Source: Nitrososphaerales archaeon (GTDB taxonomy: Archaea > Thermoproteota > Nitrososphaeria > Conexivisphaerales > UBA164). From it: DNA of 64,000 bases. A program made the position numbers and the translations under genes. Location of the stretch: NCBI GenBank assembly GCA_023256355.1, contig JAGDXJ010000053.1, forward strand, positions 11,957 through 75,956, written 5' to 3'. Positions within the stretch are counted from its first letter, which is position 1. Each line of letters opens with the position of its first letter. The notes under the pieces are model-generated. The model was given only the letters and a program-made list of their open reading frames with translations, ran no database searches and was not told the origin of the DNA. Positions 1 through 9,874 of the stretch are shown one piece after another.

Positions 1-156
1 AAATTATAAAAGCAAGCAATTTTGATAACTGAAAATTTTCAAAATTCAGTAATAACTTTAGTAATTAAATTTTAAATTACAAAAACAAAAGATAAAAATA
101 AACATTTTAATGGATAAAAATACGTTTAAAATACATCAGCATTTACTGTCGGTTTG

Positions 157-500
157 TTTAAACCTTAACTCCTGCAATTTGTAGGGTATATGCAGGGGTT
201 GATTTTGTTACATCTGTTCACTTCATAATAACCAGATAGTCTTGCTGCAAGGCATTCAAGTATAATCCCTAATATGGTATATATGGATAACTTTTAAAGA
301 ATCAGTTTCTGAGAGGCGTAAAGAGTTACAGGACTGTTTGAAAAGTATTCTTCAATGGATGTTCTGAAATAGTATTCCATGGTTTTCAAGATCAAATCTT
401 ACAGGGGGCAGGTCATTTCTGAAGTTTTAAAGAAAATAAGGGAACTTGATGCCAGACTGGGATATATATTCCCTGCAAAATAGCAGAGTTAAGGTTTAAA
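157..500. repeat. Imperfect inverted repeat (arms about 157-191 and 466-500) bracketing about 274 bp of ORF-free DNA
   Basis: tttaaaccttaact (157-170) is the exact reverse complement of agttaaggtttaaa (487-500). Pairing extends with a 1-nt bulge and a few mismatches to about 30 of 35 positions. Each arm also carries its own small hairpin (cctgca/tgcagg at 171-196, ctgc/gcag at 473-486). Confidence 0.6.
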
Positions 501-652
501 ACAATAAAAACGTTAATAGCTTGGCGCATTTCAAGGTTGTTTTTAAATATTTAATATTATAAACGCGTTATTATTTCAAAAGATTGAATATAATTAAGTT
601 TTGTTAATAAAGTTTTTAAGAACATTGTATAGATAGATAAGTAAGATTGGCC

Positions 653-1213
653 ATGCAAGAAAGATATGAGATAAGGTGGCACGGCAGAGGTGGTCAAGGC
701 GCAGTAACAGCAGGCGTCCTTGTTGCTGAGGCTGCAATATTGGATGGAAAGTATGCGCAAGCATATCCAGAATTTGGCGCAGAAAGAAGAGGAGCCCCGG
801 TTAAAGCATATACAAAGGTTTCTGAAAAACCGATATACTCCAGATCCCCTATAATAAATCCAGACGTTGTAGTGGTTTTAGACCCGAGCATAAATAAATC
901 AATATACCTAGATGGTTTGAAAGAAGGAGGCATGGTTATAATCAACACGTCTAAGAGCAATGAAGAAGTAAAATCGTTAATAGGAAGAAGCGACGTCAAA
1001 ATTGCTGTAGTAGATGCAACACATATAGCTCTTGATGTTCTTAAGTCAGCGATAGTTAATACTGCTATGGTTGGTGCACTTGTAAAGGTTTTACCGTTAG
1101 CTACTCTAGATTCATTAGAAAAAGCGTTACATGAGACGTTCAATAAAAAGATAGCAGACTTAAATTACCAGATAGTTAAAGCATCTTATGAGAAGGTGAA
1201 AACTATAAATTGA
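653..1213 (+). CDS. porG: 2-oxoacid (pyruvate):ferredoxin oxidoreductase, gamma subunit
   Basis: ORF 647-1213 opens with TTG and has an ATG at 653. The N-terminus MQERYEIRWHGRGGQGAVTAG... is typical of POR/VOR gamma subunits. It is the first gene of a gamma-delta-alpha-beta set with overlapping stops and starts. Confidence 0.85.
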   Translation: MQERYEIRWHGRGGQGAVTAGVLVAEAAILDGKYAQAYPEFGAERRGAPVKAYTKVSEKPIYSRSPIINPDVVVVLDPSINKSIYLDGLKEGGMVIINTSKSNEEVKSLIGRSDVKIAVVDATHIALDVLKSAIVNTAMVGALVKVLPLATLDSLEKALHETFNKKIADLNYQIVKASYEKVKTIN

Positions 1214-1533
1214 CGCAGGAAAAACTTTTAGGATGGAAAGAGCTTCCACGTGGAGGATCTATACTTAAACCGGGTAACAGTGAGAGCAGGTACACAGGCG
1301 ACTGGAGAACTTTTAAGCCAGTAATATTGCAAGATAAATGTACTAGATGTTTAAGGTGCTGGATAGTATGTCCTGAACCCGCTATTTATGTAATAGACGA
1401 ACCATATACAACAAAAAGCGGTAGGCAGTTCAAATTTAGTGTGGAAGTTAACTATGATTATTGCAAAGGTTGCGGAATGTGCGTTGAAGAATGTGAGCCT
1501 AAAGCGATAGACTGGATTGAGGAGGAGAAGTAA
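1210..1533 (+). CDS. porD: 2-oxoacid:ferredoxin oxidoreductase, delta subunit (2x[4Fe-4S] ferredoxin-like)
   Basis: 107 aa with two CxxCxxCxxxCP motifs (CTRCLRCWIVCP, CKGCGMCVEECEP). The TTG start overlaps the porG stop. Confidence 0.85.
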   Translation: MTQEKLLGWKELPRGGSILKPGNSESRYTGDWRTFKPVILQDKCTRCLRCWIVCPEPAIYVIDEPYTTKSGRQFKFSVEVNYDYCKGCGMCVEECEPKAIDWIEEEK

Positions 1534-1535
1534 AA

Positions 1536-2741
1536 ATGGAAAGCATGCTTAAAGCTACTTGGAAAAGATTACCTCTAAGTACTAATTTTGCTATAGCGCA
1601 GGCTGTAAAAGATTCTGATGTAGATGTAGTATCAGCTTATCCAATAACACCACAAACCACAGTTGTAGAGAGAATATCAGAGTTTATAGCCAACGGAGAA
1701 CTCAAGGCTGAGATGATACACGTAGAAAGTGAACACAGTGCTATGAGTGCTGCAATAGGCGCAAGCGCACTTGGTGCAAGAGCTTTTACAGCAACAGCTT
1801 CTCAGGGGCTTGAGCTCATGCATGAGCTTCTTCATATAGCTTCTGGCTTAAGGTTACCGATAGTAATGTCGGTTGCCGCAAGGGCGCTTTCTGCACCCAT
1901 AAGTATATGGGGAGATTATACTGATGTAATGAACGTAAGGGATACTTCATGGATAACTCTTATAGCTTCTACGGCACAAGAAGCTTATGATTCAGTAATT
2001 CAGGCTTATAGGATAGCTGAAGATCCAAGGGTCTTTTTGCCTGTGATAGTTGCATACGATGGCTATGCTATGAGTCACACTTATGAACCAGTTTACGTTT
2101 CTGAAAAATCAGATGCTTTTAAGGATTATATACCAAAGAATCCTCAATGGTACACATTAAACCCGGAAAAGCCATTAACGATGGGTTCTATGGCTAGCCC
2201 TGAATGGTATTATGAATTTAAATATCAACAAGTTGTAGCAATGAAGAATGCTTTCGGTGTCGTAAAGGAAGCGGATGAAGAATACGGGAAAAGGTATGAG
2301 CGAAAGTACGGCATAATAGAAGAGGAAGGGGTTGATGGTTCAGACGTAACTTTTGTAACTTATGGCGGAATCTATGGTACCTTAAAGGAAAGCATCGAAG
2401 AGCTAAGGAAGAAAGGAGAACAAATAGGACTAGCAAGAATAAGGCTTTTCAGACCTTTCCCTTCAGAAATAGTAGCTGACCTAGCTGAAAAAACAAAAGC
2501 TTTGGTTGTGCTTGACAGGGCAATTACATTTGGCGTTAATATTTCAGGGCCTGTTGCAAGGGAAATAATCAGCTCTCTTTATGCAAGAGGCATTGAAAGG
2601 AACGTTTACAGCTTTATAATAGGGGTAGGTCAGAGAACAGTAACTGAAAAAGATATAGCAGCTATATACGGAAAGGTAAAAGAAATGCTTGGGTCTCACG
2701 AAAGACAGAAGGAAAGTATTTACTGGGGTGTTAGAGAATGA
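1536..2741 (+). CDS. porA: 2-oxoacid:ferredoxin oxidoreductase, alpha subunit
   Basis: 401 aa. The length, the YPITPQT motif and its position in the operon fit POR alpha. Confidence 0.85.
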   Translation: MESMLKATWKRLPLSTNFAIAQAVKDSDVDVVSAYPITPQTTVVERISEFIANGELKAEMIHVESEHSAMSAAIGASALGARAFTATASQGLELMHELLHIASGLRLPIVMSVAARALSAPISIWGDYTDVMNVRDTSWITLIASTAQEAYDSVIQAYRIAEDPRVFLPVIVAYDGYAMSHTYEPVYVSEKSDAFKDYIPKNPQWYTLNPEKPLTMGSMASPEWYYEFKYQQVVAMKNAFGVVKEADEEYGKRYERKYGIIEEEGVDGSDVTFVTYGGIYGTLKESIEELRKKGEQIGLARIRLFRPFPSEIVADLAEKTKALVVLDRAITFGVNISGPVAREIISSLYARGIERNVYSFIIGVGQRTVTEKDIAAIYGKVKEMLGSHERQKESIYWGVRE

Positions 2742-3691
2742 TGACAAAACCATATTTTAGAACCGTTTATGACGTCCCAAGAGAAGAATATCTAGCCCCT
2801 GGGCACGGGTTATGTGCAGGATGCACTGCTGGCACAATAGTGAAGCTTCTTTTAAAAGTAACCGGACCTAATACCATAGTGGTTAATGCTACGGGTTGTG
2901 TGGAAGTTTCAACTACACCATTCCCTTACACTTCTTGGAAAGTTCCGTGGATACATGTAGCGTTTGAAAATGCAGCAGCCGTTGCTAGCGGAATAGAATC
3001 AGCGATTAAAGTTTTGAAAGCAAAAGGAATAATAGACCCAACAAAAAGAATAAACATAATAGCTTTAGCTGGAGATGGAGGAACCTACGATATAGGATTT
3101 CAGGCATTAAGCGGCATGTTAGAAAGAGGACACAAAGTAATGTATGTACTTTATGATAATGAAGCCTATATGAACACAGGAATTCAGAGAAGCGGTGGAA
3201 CACCAGTATATGCTTGGACTACGACAACTCCAGTCGGTAAAATACTCAAAGGGAAGGTTCAGCAAAAAAAGCCCATAGCCGAAATAGTAGCAGCGCACAG
3301 AATACCCTATGTAGCTACGGCAAATCCGGGATACTTTGCTGACATGATGAATAAATTTAAAAAGGGTCTTGAAGTAGAAGGTCCATCTTTTGTGCACGTA
3401 ATACAACCATGCACGACCGGCTGGAAATTTGATCCGAGATATGGCATAGTTTTAGCTAGACTAGCTACAGAAACTGGTCTTTGGATAAACTGGGAACAAG
3501 AAGAAGGTCAGTTCAGAGTAACAGTCACCGTTCCTAGAAGAAAGCACGTAAAACACTATTTCGAGCTTCAAGGAAGGTTCAGTCATCTTACAGAAGAGGA
3601 GATAGAAGCAATACAAAAAGAAGTAGACCTCGAAGTTGACAGAATAAACAAGCTTGTTGGAAGAACCGTTATAGGTCCTTTGGTAGAATAG
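2738..3691 (+). CDS. porB: 2-oxoacid:ferredoxin oxidoreductase, beta subunit (TPP-binding)
   Basis: 317 aa with GHGLCAGCTAG and GDGGTYDIG (TPP/Fe-S region). Its ATG overlaps the porA TGA. Confidence 0.85.
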   Translation: MMTKPYFRTVYDVPREEYLAPGHGLCAGCTAGTIVKLLLKVTGPNTIVVNATGCVEVSTTPFPYTSWKVPWIHVAFENAAAVASGIESAIKVLKAKGIIDPTKRINIIALAGDGGTYDIGFQALSGMLERGHKVMYVLYDNEAYMNTGIQRSGGTPVYAWTTTTPVGKILKGKVQQKKPIAEIVAAHRIPYVATANPGYFADMMNKFKKGLEVEGPSFVHVIQPCTTGWKFDPRYGIVLARLATETGLWINWEQEEGQFRVTVTVPRRKHVKHYFELQGRFSHLTEEEIEAIQKEVDLEVDRINKLVGRTVIGPLVE

Positions 3692-3698
3692 ACAGCTT

Positions 3699-3709
3699 AT
3701 TTATTTTTT
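3699..3709 (+). terminator. T-rich tract downstream of porB (candidate archaeal intrinsic terminator)
   Basis: The run ttatttatttttt starts 8 nt after the porB stop codon. Oligo-T tracts are the usual archaeal termination signal. Confidence 0.35.
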
Positions 3710-3835
3710 AAGTATCTAATGGTATGTAATAATTTCCAGATAAGAGAAGGATCTAAAAATTATAATTCAGTTTTTAGAGAGACTAAAAGCTTTTCCCTTC
3801 AGTGCGTAGGAGTCAGTATTAAGATTTTGGTCAAG

Positions 3836-3843
3836 TTTATAAT
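3836..3843 (+). promoter_or_regulatory. TATA-like box for the RNase P RNA gene
   Basis: tttataat is centred about 27 nt upstream of the first G of the GC-rich RNA (3867). Confidence 0.4.
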
Positions 3844-3866
3844 TTTCCTGTCATTTAAAATAAAAC

Positions 3867-4168
3867 GGGCGAGCGGCCGGGCGGGTTACGGGGGAGACCT
3901 GAGGAAGCTCCTCCCTTCGTCCACGGGGTTTGGCGCGGCGACGCGCGGCGAGAGATCGCCGGCTCTGGAACAGAAACGACACCCGTGCAGGCAGATGTCT
4001 TTGATGGCAACCAATGGTTGCCGGAGGACGCCTGGTTAAGGGATGAAACGGCCATCCCAAACGAAGAAAGGCCAAAACTGGTCTATGAAACACCCGTGGG
4101 TGAGACCTAGGTTGGCCGCATAGTCAAATCCCGCCTGAACAGAAGGAGGGCTACGAGCCGCACGTCCC
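3867..4168 (+). ncRNA. rnpB: RNase P RNA (archaeal type A-like, about 302 nt)
   Basis: A sharp GC-rich island in AT-rich DNA. The 5' cctgaggaagctcc resembles the P4 strand CUGAGGAAAGUCC. taagggatgaaacgg resembles the GGGUGAAA region. The 3' aacagaaggagggctac resembles ACAGAAnnnGGCUa (the other P4 strand). The 5' gggcgagcggc can pair with the 3' gccgcacgtccc as P1. Confidence 0.8.
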
Positions 4169-4187
4169 ATTTAATTTAAACTAAAAT

Positions 4188-5189
4188 TTATTTTGTGTAA
4201 GATCCATCTTGAATTATCCACCTGTCTGTATGTCTTTTTAAGTTTTGAATGACAGATATTAAAGATCTTGGCATATCGTCCATGTAAACGAATTCAGGAA
4301 GATAAGAAAGCAACTTAAGGGTAAAGCTTTTAATTTCTTCAAAAGTGAGCATGTTATCTGCGCTCAACCTGCTCTGTGAGTACCCTATATGCATGTAAGA
4401 TTTTACCTCAACAAAATGGGGATTACCCATTCTTATGAGTTCTGCTGCCTTTGGAATCTGTTCCAATTTATCATTATAACCCTTTATCAGTGTTATTCTT
4501 ATAACCGTCCTAGTCTTCATCTCGTTCAAGAGTTTTAAAGATTTGATCCACCGTTCCCAAGCATCTTTATACATCGGTCTGTTAATATTAATGAATTCAG
4601 CTTTGTCATAAGCATTCATTGAAAGATAAACCTGTGTAGGAAGCGCATCTTCTTCAATAAGCCGTTTTAGCATTTCCGGTTCCTGACCGTTTGTCACCAG
4701 AAATATACTTTTTGTATTTGGAAGAGATTTTAAATACCGAATCAGTTCTGGTAGCTTCGGATACATAGTAGGCTCACCTGAAAGGGAAATTGAATAATGA
4801 GTTGGCGTTAAAGCGTCCTTTAACCAATCTTTATTTATGTTTGAGTCACCCATAAAGCCTATTAGAAGCTTCTTTCTTTCTTTTTCTAGGTTTTCAACTA
4901 TTTCTGCAGGTTCGTCTATCCAGCCCTCAGGTATTTTTAACATTTTATAAAATTCGTTTGGTCTCCAGCAATATATGCATCTGTTTTCGCAGAAAACTGC
5001 AGTAGGAGTAAACTCCATACACTGATGTGTCTGTATTCCATAGAACTTATTTTTATAACATCCGCTCTTTTTTCTTACAGCCTCTTTTGTCCAGTGACAT
5101 ATTTCGACAGCAGAATGTCCATATATTCCATAATGTGCTCTCTTTAGAGCTTCAGCTGTTTTTGTATCAAGAGTCAGCTTTTCCTCCAT
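4188..5189 (-). CDS. taw1: tRNA 4-demethylwyosine synthase (Taw1/TYW1, radical SAM)
   Basis: 333 aa with the radical-SAM motif CENRCIYCWRP and an upstream Cys cluster (CHWTKE..., CMEF). The length is typical of archaeal Taw1. Confidence 0.8.
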   Translation of the reverse strand: MEEKLTLDTKTAEALKRAHYGIYGHSAVEICHWTKEAVRKKSGCYKNKFYGIQTHQCMEFTPTAVFCENRCIYCWRPNEFYKMLKIPEGWIDEPAEIVENLEKERKKLLIGFMGDSNINKDWLKDALTPTHYSISLSGEPTMYPKLPELIRYLKSLPNTKSIFLVTNGQEPEMLKRLIEEDALPTQVYLSMNAYDKAEFININRPMYKDAWERWIKSLKLLNEMKTRTVIRITLIKGYNDKLEQIPKAAELIRMGNPHFVEVKSYMHIGYSQSRLSADNMLTFEEIKSFTLKLLSYLPEFVYMDDMPRSLISVIQNLKRHTDRWIIQDGSYTK

Positions 5190-5376
5190 CTTTAACTTTC
5201 AATATAAAATTCTAACTTATAAAAGCAATTGAAAAAACGCACGTTTACGTCGCTTGAAAATCATTTAATAAAATGTATAAATGATAAAAATAAGACAGCG
5301 TCTTATCTGCAAATTATTTCATACCCTAAAACACATAGCTGATAAAAGCAAATTAAGCAGATTTTAGCTAAGCTTA

Positions 5377-5520
5377 ATGAAGGGGCATGGTCGTATGCTT
5401 AGTAAAGATCTGATTAAGTGGATCGTTAACACTAAGCTTAAAGGTAAGCTTAAAAACGGAGAAATGACAAACGCATGTATATCTATCAGAAGAGTACAGC
5501 AACTGTACAGCGAAATATAA
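5377..5520 (+). CDS. Speculative 47-codon basic small ORF (MKGHGRMLSKDLIKWIVNTKLKGKLKNGEMTNACISIRRVQQLYSEI)
   Basis: An ATG..TAA ORF below the track cutoff, inside a 440-bp gap. An A/T-rich TATA-like ctgataaaag lies about 30 nt upstream. I recognise no homology. Confidence 0.2.
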   Translation: MKGHGRMLSKDLIKWIVNTKLKGKLKNGEMTNACISIRRVQQLYSEI

Positions 5521-5596
5521 AAAGACAAATATCATACAAGCTTAGAAAGCTATTAAGTCGGTCATTATAATTGATCCTAAATACTATTAAGAGCAA

Positions 5597-5606
5597 TATA
5601 TAAAAA
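5597..5606 (+). promoter_or_regulatory. TATA box for the ACT/UPF0210 operon (leaderless)
   Basis: tatataaaaa is centred about 27 nt upstream of the GTG start at 5628. Confidence 0.4.
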
Positions 5607-5627
5607 TACTGCATTTTATATTGCATT

Positions 5628-5900
5628 GTGGAAAATGCCGTAGTTGTCGTGGTTGGAGCAGATAAGCCGGGCATTGTAGCTGGAATTTCATCAGAATTAG
5701 CCGTGAATAACGTTAACATAGTAGATATTTCTCAAACGGTTCTAAGAGACATATTTGCAATGATAATGCTCGTAGATCTCTCAAAAAGCAACGTTTCTAT
5801 ATCTGAATTAAGAAAAAAGTTGCAGGCTAAAGGGAAAGAACTAAAAGTGGAAGTTCTAGTCTATCACGAAGAAGTGTTCAGATATATGGAGAGGATATAA
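5628..5900 (+). CDS. ACT-domain protein (UPF0237 family)
   Basis: 90 aa. [22 protein letters not shown] is a canonical ACT N-terminus. It is immediately followed by a UPF0210 gene, which is a conserved pairing. Confidence 0.75.
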   Translation: MENAVVVVVGADKPGIVAGISSELAVNNVNIVDISQTVLRDIFAMIMLVDLSKSNVSISELRKKLQAKGKELKVEVLVYHEEVFRYMERI

Positions 5901-5901
5901 A

Positions 5902-7239
5902 ATGAAGTATTCTGCAGATGAGATTATTGAAGTTGTAAGAATGCTAAGTGAGGAGGACTTGGACATAAGGTCTGTTACGCTAAGCGTAAATACGTTACCA
6001 TTGATTTCAGACAACGTTAAAAGGGTACTTGATAAACTAGATTCTTTAAACCCTATTTTTGATAAATTCTCTTCAGCCGTTGATAAAGCCTCAGAAAAGT
6101 ACGGTATCAGAATAGTAACAAAAAGAGTTGCAGTAACTCCTATACAGTTCTTTTTAGAAGTGTTAAACGAAGAAGACGGATTAAAGATCGCAATAAAACT
6201 GGAAGATCTAGCAGAAACCAATCGAATAGATTACATAGGAGGTTATTCGGCTTTTGCTGAGAGGGGATTTACAAAAGGTTCGTCTTTAGTTATAAACACT
6301 ATGGCTGAAGCAATAAATTCCACAAAAAGGCTTACTGGCATGATAAACGCGGCGTCAACATTTTCAGGGCTGAATTCTGAAGCTGTAAGGCGTTTTGTTG
6401 ATAATATATTTATTATGAAACCCGAAGCATCTGCGAGGGTTGCTATACTTTCTAACGTTCCGCCTGACAGCCCATTTGTACCATCAGCTCATCACGGCAT
6501 TGGAATGCCAGAAATGTCGATAAACGTAGCTGTAAGTGGTCCAGGTGTAATAGAAAAAGCAATCAGAAGGAATTCGCCTTCTACCCTAGAAGAGCTACAT
6601 GAATTGATAAAGAGGACCGCTTTTAAGATAACAAGACTTGGCGAGCTTATAGGGAAAGCGGTATCAGCGGATGTAGGTGTAGAATTCGGTTCCGTCGACC
6701 TTTCTCTTGCGCCGACTCCAAAGATTGGGGACAGCGTTGCAGGGATAATTGAAGCCGCAGGAATAGAAAAAATGGGCGCCCATGGTAGCTTATCAGCTTT
6801 AGCACTTTTGATGGATGCAGTAAAGAAAGGAGGTTCTACAGCAACCTCACATGTAGGAGGTTTAAGTTCAGCATTTATTCCAGTAAGTGAAGACGCCGTT
6901 ATGAGCGAAAGAGCATTAGAAGGCTATGTTGATTTTTATACGTTACTAGCATTGTCTGCAGTATGCAACAGTGGTATAGACATGGTAGGGATAAGCAAAA
7001 AGCAGGGCAAAGACAAAGCAACAGGTTTGATCATGGACGTTCTATCCCTTGGTATAACTTTAAACAAGATTCTTGGAGTTAGAATAATCCCTGTCGATGA
7101 AGAACCGGGTTCAATCATAGATCTTGGAGGGTTGCTTGGTAAAGTTGTAGTTATGAAGCTGAAGGATGCAAGCGTTGAAAGGTTCGTCTCTTTAAATGGT
7201 TTTATTCCAAACAGCATTAAAAGACTAGAGACAGGTTAA
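5902..7239 (+). CDS. UPF0210/DUF711 family protein (conserved, function unknown)
   Basis: 445 aa. Its size, its coupling to the ACT gene and the [28 protein letters not shown]-terminus are typical of UPF0210. Confidence 0.7.
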   Translation: MKYSADEIIEVVRMLSEEDLDIRSVTLSVNTLPLISDNVKRVLDKLDSLNPIFDKFSSAVDKASEKYGIRIVTKRVAVTPIQFFLEVLNEEDGLKIAIKLEDLAETNRIDYIGGYSAFAERGFTKGSSLVINTMAEAINSTKRLTGMINAASTFSGLNSEAVRRFVDNIFIMKPEASARVAILSNVPPDSPFVPSAHHGIGMPEMSINVAVSGPGVIEKAIRRNSPSTLEELHELIKRTAFKITRLGELIGKAVSADVGVEFGSVDLSLAPTPKIGDSVAGIIEAAGIEKMGAHGSLSALALLMDAVKKGGSTATSHVGGLSSAFIPVSEDAVMSERALEGYVDFYTLLALSAVCNSGIDMVGISKKQGKDKATGLIMDVLSLGITLNKILGVRIIPVDEEPGSIIDLGGLLGKVVVMKLKDASVERFVSLNGFIPNSIKRLETG

Positions 7240-7409
7240 AAAATTCTTTATTCCCCAAGGTAAACTGCTTACGTAAATAGCTAAGAACTTATACATTATT
7301 AATCTATTATAGAATACACTAGCTAAAGCTTTTTACAGTCGAAATAATAATAGCGACCTCAATAGGTCGAAAAAGTTTAAAATTGATAAAAACAGCTAGG
7401 AGATAGTAT

Positions 7410-9056
7410 ATGCCAGTAATTCAGATATTAAGAAATAGACTTGAAAAATTAATACCAAACCATAGCTACGAAGAAATAACAGAAATCCTTCCATATATAG
7501 GGGTAGATATTGAAGAACTTACACAAGATTATGTAAAAATTGAATATTCCCCAAACAGGCCCGATTTTTCAACTGAGTATGGTATAGCTAAAGCATTGAA
7601 GGGTCTGTTCGGCGATGAACTTGGTATAAAGTATTGGACTCCCGAAAATAGCAACATAGAAGTTTATGTAGAAGAAAGCGTTTTAAATGTAAGGCCTTTT
7701 ATATTTATCTTTGCTGCTAAAGGATTGCAGCTTGACGACGAAACTATAAGGCAACTTATTTCAATGCAAGAAGACTTACATGCAGGTTTAGGAAGAGGAA
7801 GAAAAAAGCTGGCTATAGGAATTCATGATATGAATGTTTTAAAATTTCCACTTTTTTATAAAGCAGTAAGCGAAGATTACCGATTTATTCCATTAAATAT
7901 GGATAAAGAAGTAACGGTAAAAGAGATGCTTTTTATCACAGAGCAGGGGCAAAAGTACGGTCATCTTGTAAAGGATAAGTTCCCCGTTATAGTTGATAAG
8001 TCAGGAATAACGCTATCTATGCCGCCAATAATTAACGGGAATTATACAAAAATTACAAACAATACAAAAGACATTTTTGTAGATATTACTGGAAATGATT
8101 ACAGATCGATTAAACTAGCGGCTTCAGTTATAGCTGAAACTTTACATGACATGGGCGGTAAAGTTCTAAAAGGAACAACCGTTTATCCTGATGGCAAAAC
8201 ATTGCAAAGCCCAGACGTTTCTTCATATAAACTCGCAGTAACTTTAGATATAATCAGGAACATGTTAGGGCTTGAACTTAAACCAGAAGAAATAATCCTT
8301 TCTCTCAAGAAAAGCAGGCTTGATGCATCTTATGATAAAGGAAACATTCTCGCTATTGTTCCTCATTATAGAGGAGACATAATGCACCCAGTGGATATAG
8401 CTGAAGAAGTTTTGTTAGGATATGGACTTTTTAATGTAAAGCCAGACCTTGAAATAAAGATAACAAATGGAAAACTTTCTGAGAAAACGAAGCTAGATGA
8501 TCTTATTAGAGCAACTGCTATAGGGCTTGGCTTTACAGAAGTATTAAACCCAATGCTCGTAGCAGAAAGCAACTTAAAACAGATTCTTGGCGAAATTATA
8601 AAGCCTATATTGGTAGAATTTTCAAAGAGTTCGGAACACAATGCTTTGAGACCTTCAGTTTTTCCAGGATGCATCTTTGTACTAGCAACAAACCAGAACG
8701 AATCAATGCCACGGAAGATTTTTGAAATAGGAGATACAGTTCATATAGAAGAAAATAAGATCGTTCAGGAAAAGAAATTTTGTCTTTTAGAAGAAAGGGA
8801 TGAAATAAGTTTGACTGAAATGAAATCTTATTTTGAATCACTCATAAGAAATTTAGATTTAAAAACTGAAAAAACCAATTTTTTAAAGACAAATAAGCCT
8901 TATGCTTTAAGGTGTTTTGATATAAAAATAGACAACATACTAATAGGAGAAACTTTTGAGCTTAACCCTGCTCTTATTCTGGATTTAAAAATAAAGAATC
9001 CGGTTGCGGTTTTAGAGATAAATTTAGAAAAACTTTACAGCTTGGTCCTGGCATAA
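7410..9056 (+). CDS. pheT: Phenylalanine--tRNA ligase beta subunit (archaeal type)
   Basis: 548 aa. The N-terminal B3/B4-like region (YSPNRPDFSTEYGIAKAL) and the length fit archaeal PheRS beta. Confidence 0.85.
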   Translation: MPVIQILRNRLEKLIPNHSYEEITEILPYIGVDIEELTQDYVKIEYSPNRPDFSTEYGIAKALKGLFGDELGIKYWTPENSNIEVYVEESVLNVRPFIFIFAAKGLQLDDETIRQLISMQEDLHAGLGRGRKKLAIGIHDMNVLKFPLFYKAVSEDYRFIPLNMDKEVTVKEMLFITEQGQKYGHLVKDKFPVIVDKSGITLSMPPIINGNYTKITNNTKDIFVDITGNDYRSIKLAASVIAETLHDMGGKVLKGTTVYPDGKTLQSPDVSSYKLAVTLDIIRNMLGLELKPEEIILSLKKSRLDASYDKGNILAIVPHYRGDIMHPVDIAEEVLLGYGLFNVKPDLEIKITNGKLSEKTKLDDLIRATAIGLGFTEVLNPMLVAESNLKQILGEIIKPILVEFSKSSEHNALRPSVFPGCIFVLATNQNESMPRKIFEIGDTVHIEENKIVQEKKFCLLEERDEISLTEMKSYFESLIRNLDLKTEKTNFLKTNKPYALRCFDIKIDNILIGETFELNPALILDLKIKNPVAVLEINLEKLYSLVLA

Positions 9057-9301
9057 CTCACTGCTATGACTTCTATCTCACTAATATATTCATTGCTTAA
9101 AAGATAAGCCTCTAAAGGTTCAGTTCCTCCTTCAGCTTCATCTATTTCTATATCTGCTATTATTGCATTCAGTCCAAAAGCTATGGGTTCAACTTCATAT
9201 CTTACTACCTTATATTTTGTTAAACTTTTTATTATGTCCTCAGGTTTTGTTTCTATGTCTTTAGGCAATATCTTAACCCTTGCTAAAACTTTATTAGGCA
9301 T
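9035..9301 (-). CDS. ef1b: Elongation factor 1-beta (aEF-1beta)
   Basis: 88 aa. VLARVKILPKDIETKPEDI...IAFGLNAIIADIEIDE matches the aEF-1beta fold pattern. It lies downstream of the Zn-ribbon gene, as in many archaea. Confidence 0.85.
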   Translation of the reverse strand: MPNKVLARVKILPKDIETKPEDIIKSLTKYKVVRYEVEPIAFGLNAIIADIEIDEAEGGTEPLEAYLLSNEYISEIEVIAVSYARTKL

Positions 9302-9312
9302 TTAAGTTCACC

Positions 9313-9489
9313 TTAAGGGCCCTCAAAACCGCAGTTATCGCACTTATATGGTCTGTTAAATTCTCTGCATTTTTCACATCTCCAGATAGTTACCTTTCCA
9401 CAATCAGGGCACACAAATTTTGTATATTTCTCATTAGGAGAAATCGGTTTATGACAGCTCGTGCATACCGGTAAACCTCTATGAGCCAT
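9313..9489 (-). CDS. Zn-ribbon protein (COG2888-like, translation-associated), 58 aa
   Basis: Not in the ORF track. My translation is [58 protein letters not shown], with four CxxC pairs. It sits directly upstream of aEF-1beta. Confidence 0.75.
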   Translation of the reverse strand: MAHRGLPVCTSCHKPISPNEKYTKFVCPDCGKVTIWRCEKCREFNRPYKCDNCGFEGP

Positions 9490-9874
9490 TTCATAGGATT
9501 AGTATTTAGAACGTTTAAAAATGTTTCTCATATTACGGTTTTTCTATGTTCAAAAACAATAATATTTACTGTAAGTTAAATTAGTTAATATTACTAGGAG
9601 TTAAAATCACTAAAGTATCCTTCCCGTATAGGGGGATGAGAAAGGGGATTAATAGCCTCTTGAAAAATGTAACAAAATTATAGGCTTGAGAGAATAATAT
9701 CTGTTGACTGATACGACTTTGTGGAACACAGTATCCCGGCACGAGCTAGTCCCAGTACAGCCTTTATATTAGCTACTGATTTATTTGAAAGAAGCCAAAT
9801 TTGCAGGAAAGGTAGTTACCCAAGATACATGTATAAGCAAAAGCTTAAATTGTATGTCTTGTGTGGTAGATTAG

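Noticed and set aside
557-760. 67-aa minus-strand ORF overlapping the porG start
   Set aside because: It is antisense to a strongly supported gene and its promoter region, with low-complexity, Cys/Tyr/Leu-rich content typical of shadow ORFs.
3719-4093. Three ORFs in the track (3719-4039 +, 3851-4093 -, 3855-4055 -) with Arg/Pro/Gly-rich translations
   Set aside because: They lie across the GC-rich RNase P RNA gene. GC-rich structured RNA is naturally free of stop codons, and the composition of the translations is not protein-like.
3867-4168. Alternative reading of the GC-rich RNA as SRP (7S) RNA
   Set aside because: It lacks the helix-8 GGAAGGGAGCA-type motif I expect in archaeal SRP RNA. 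It does contain the RNase P P4-type strands (CUGAGGAAgCUCC and ACAGAAggaGGGCUA).
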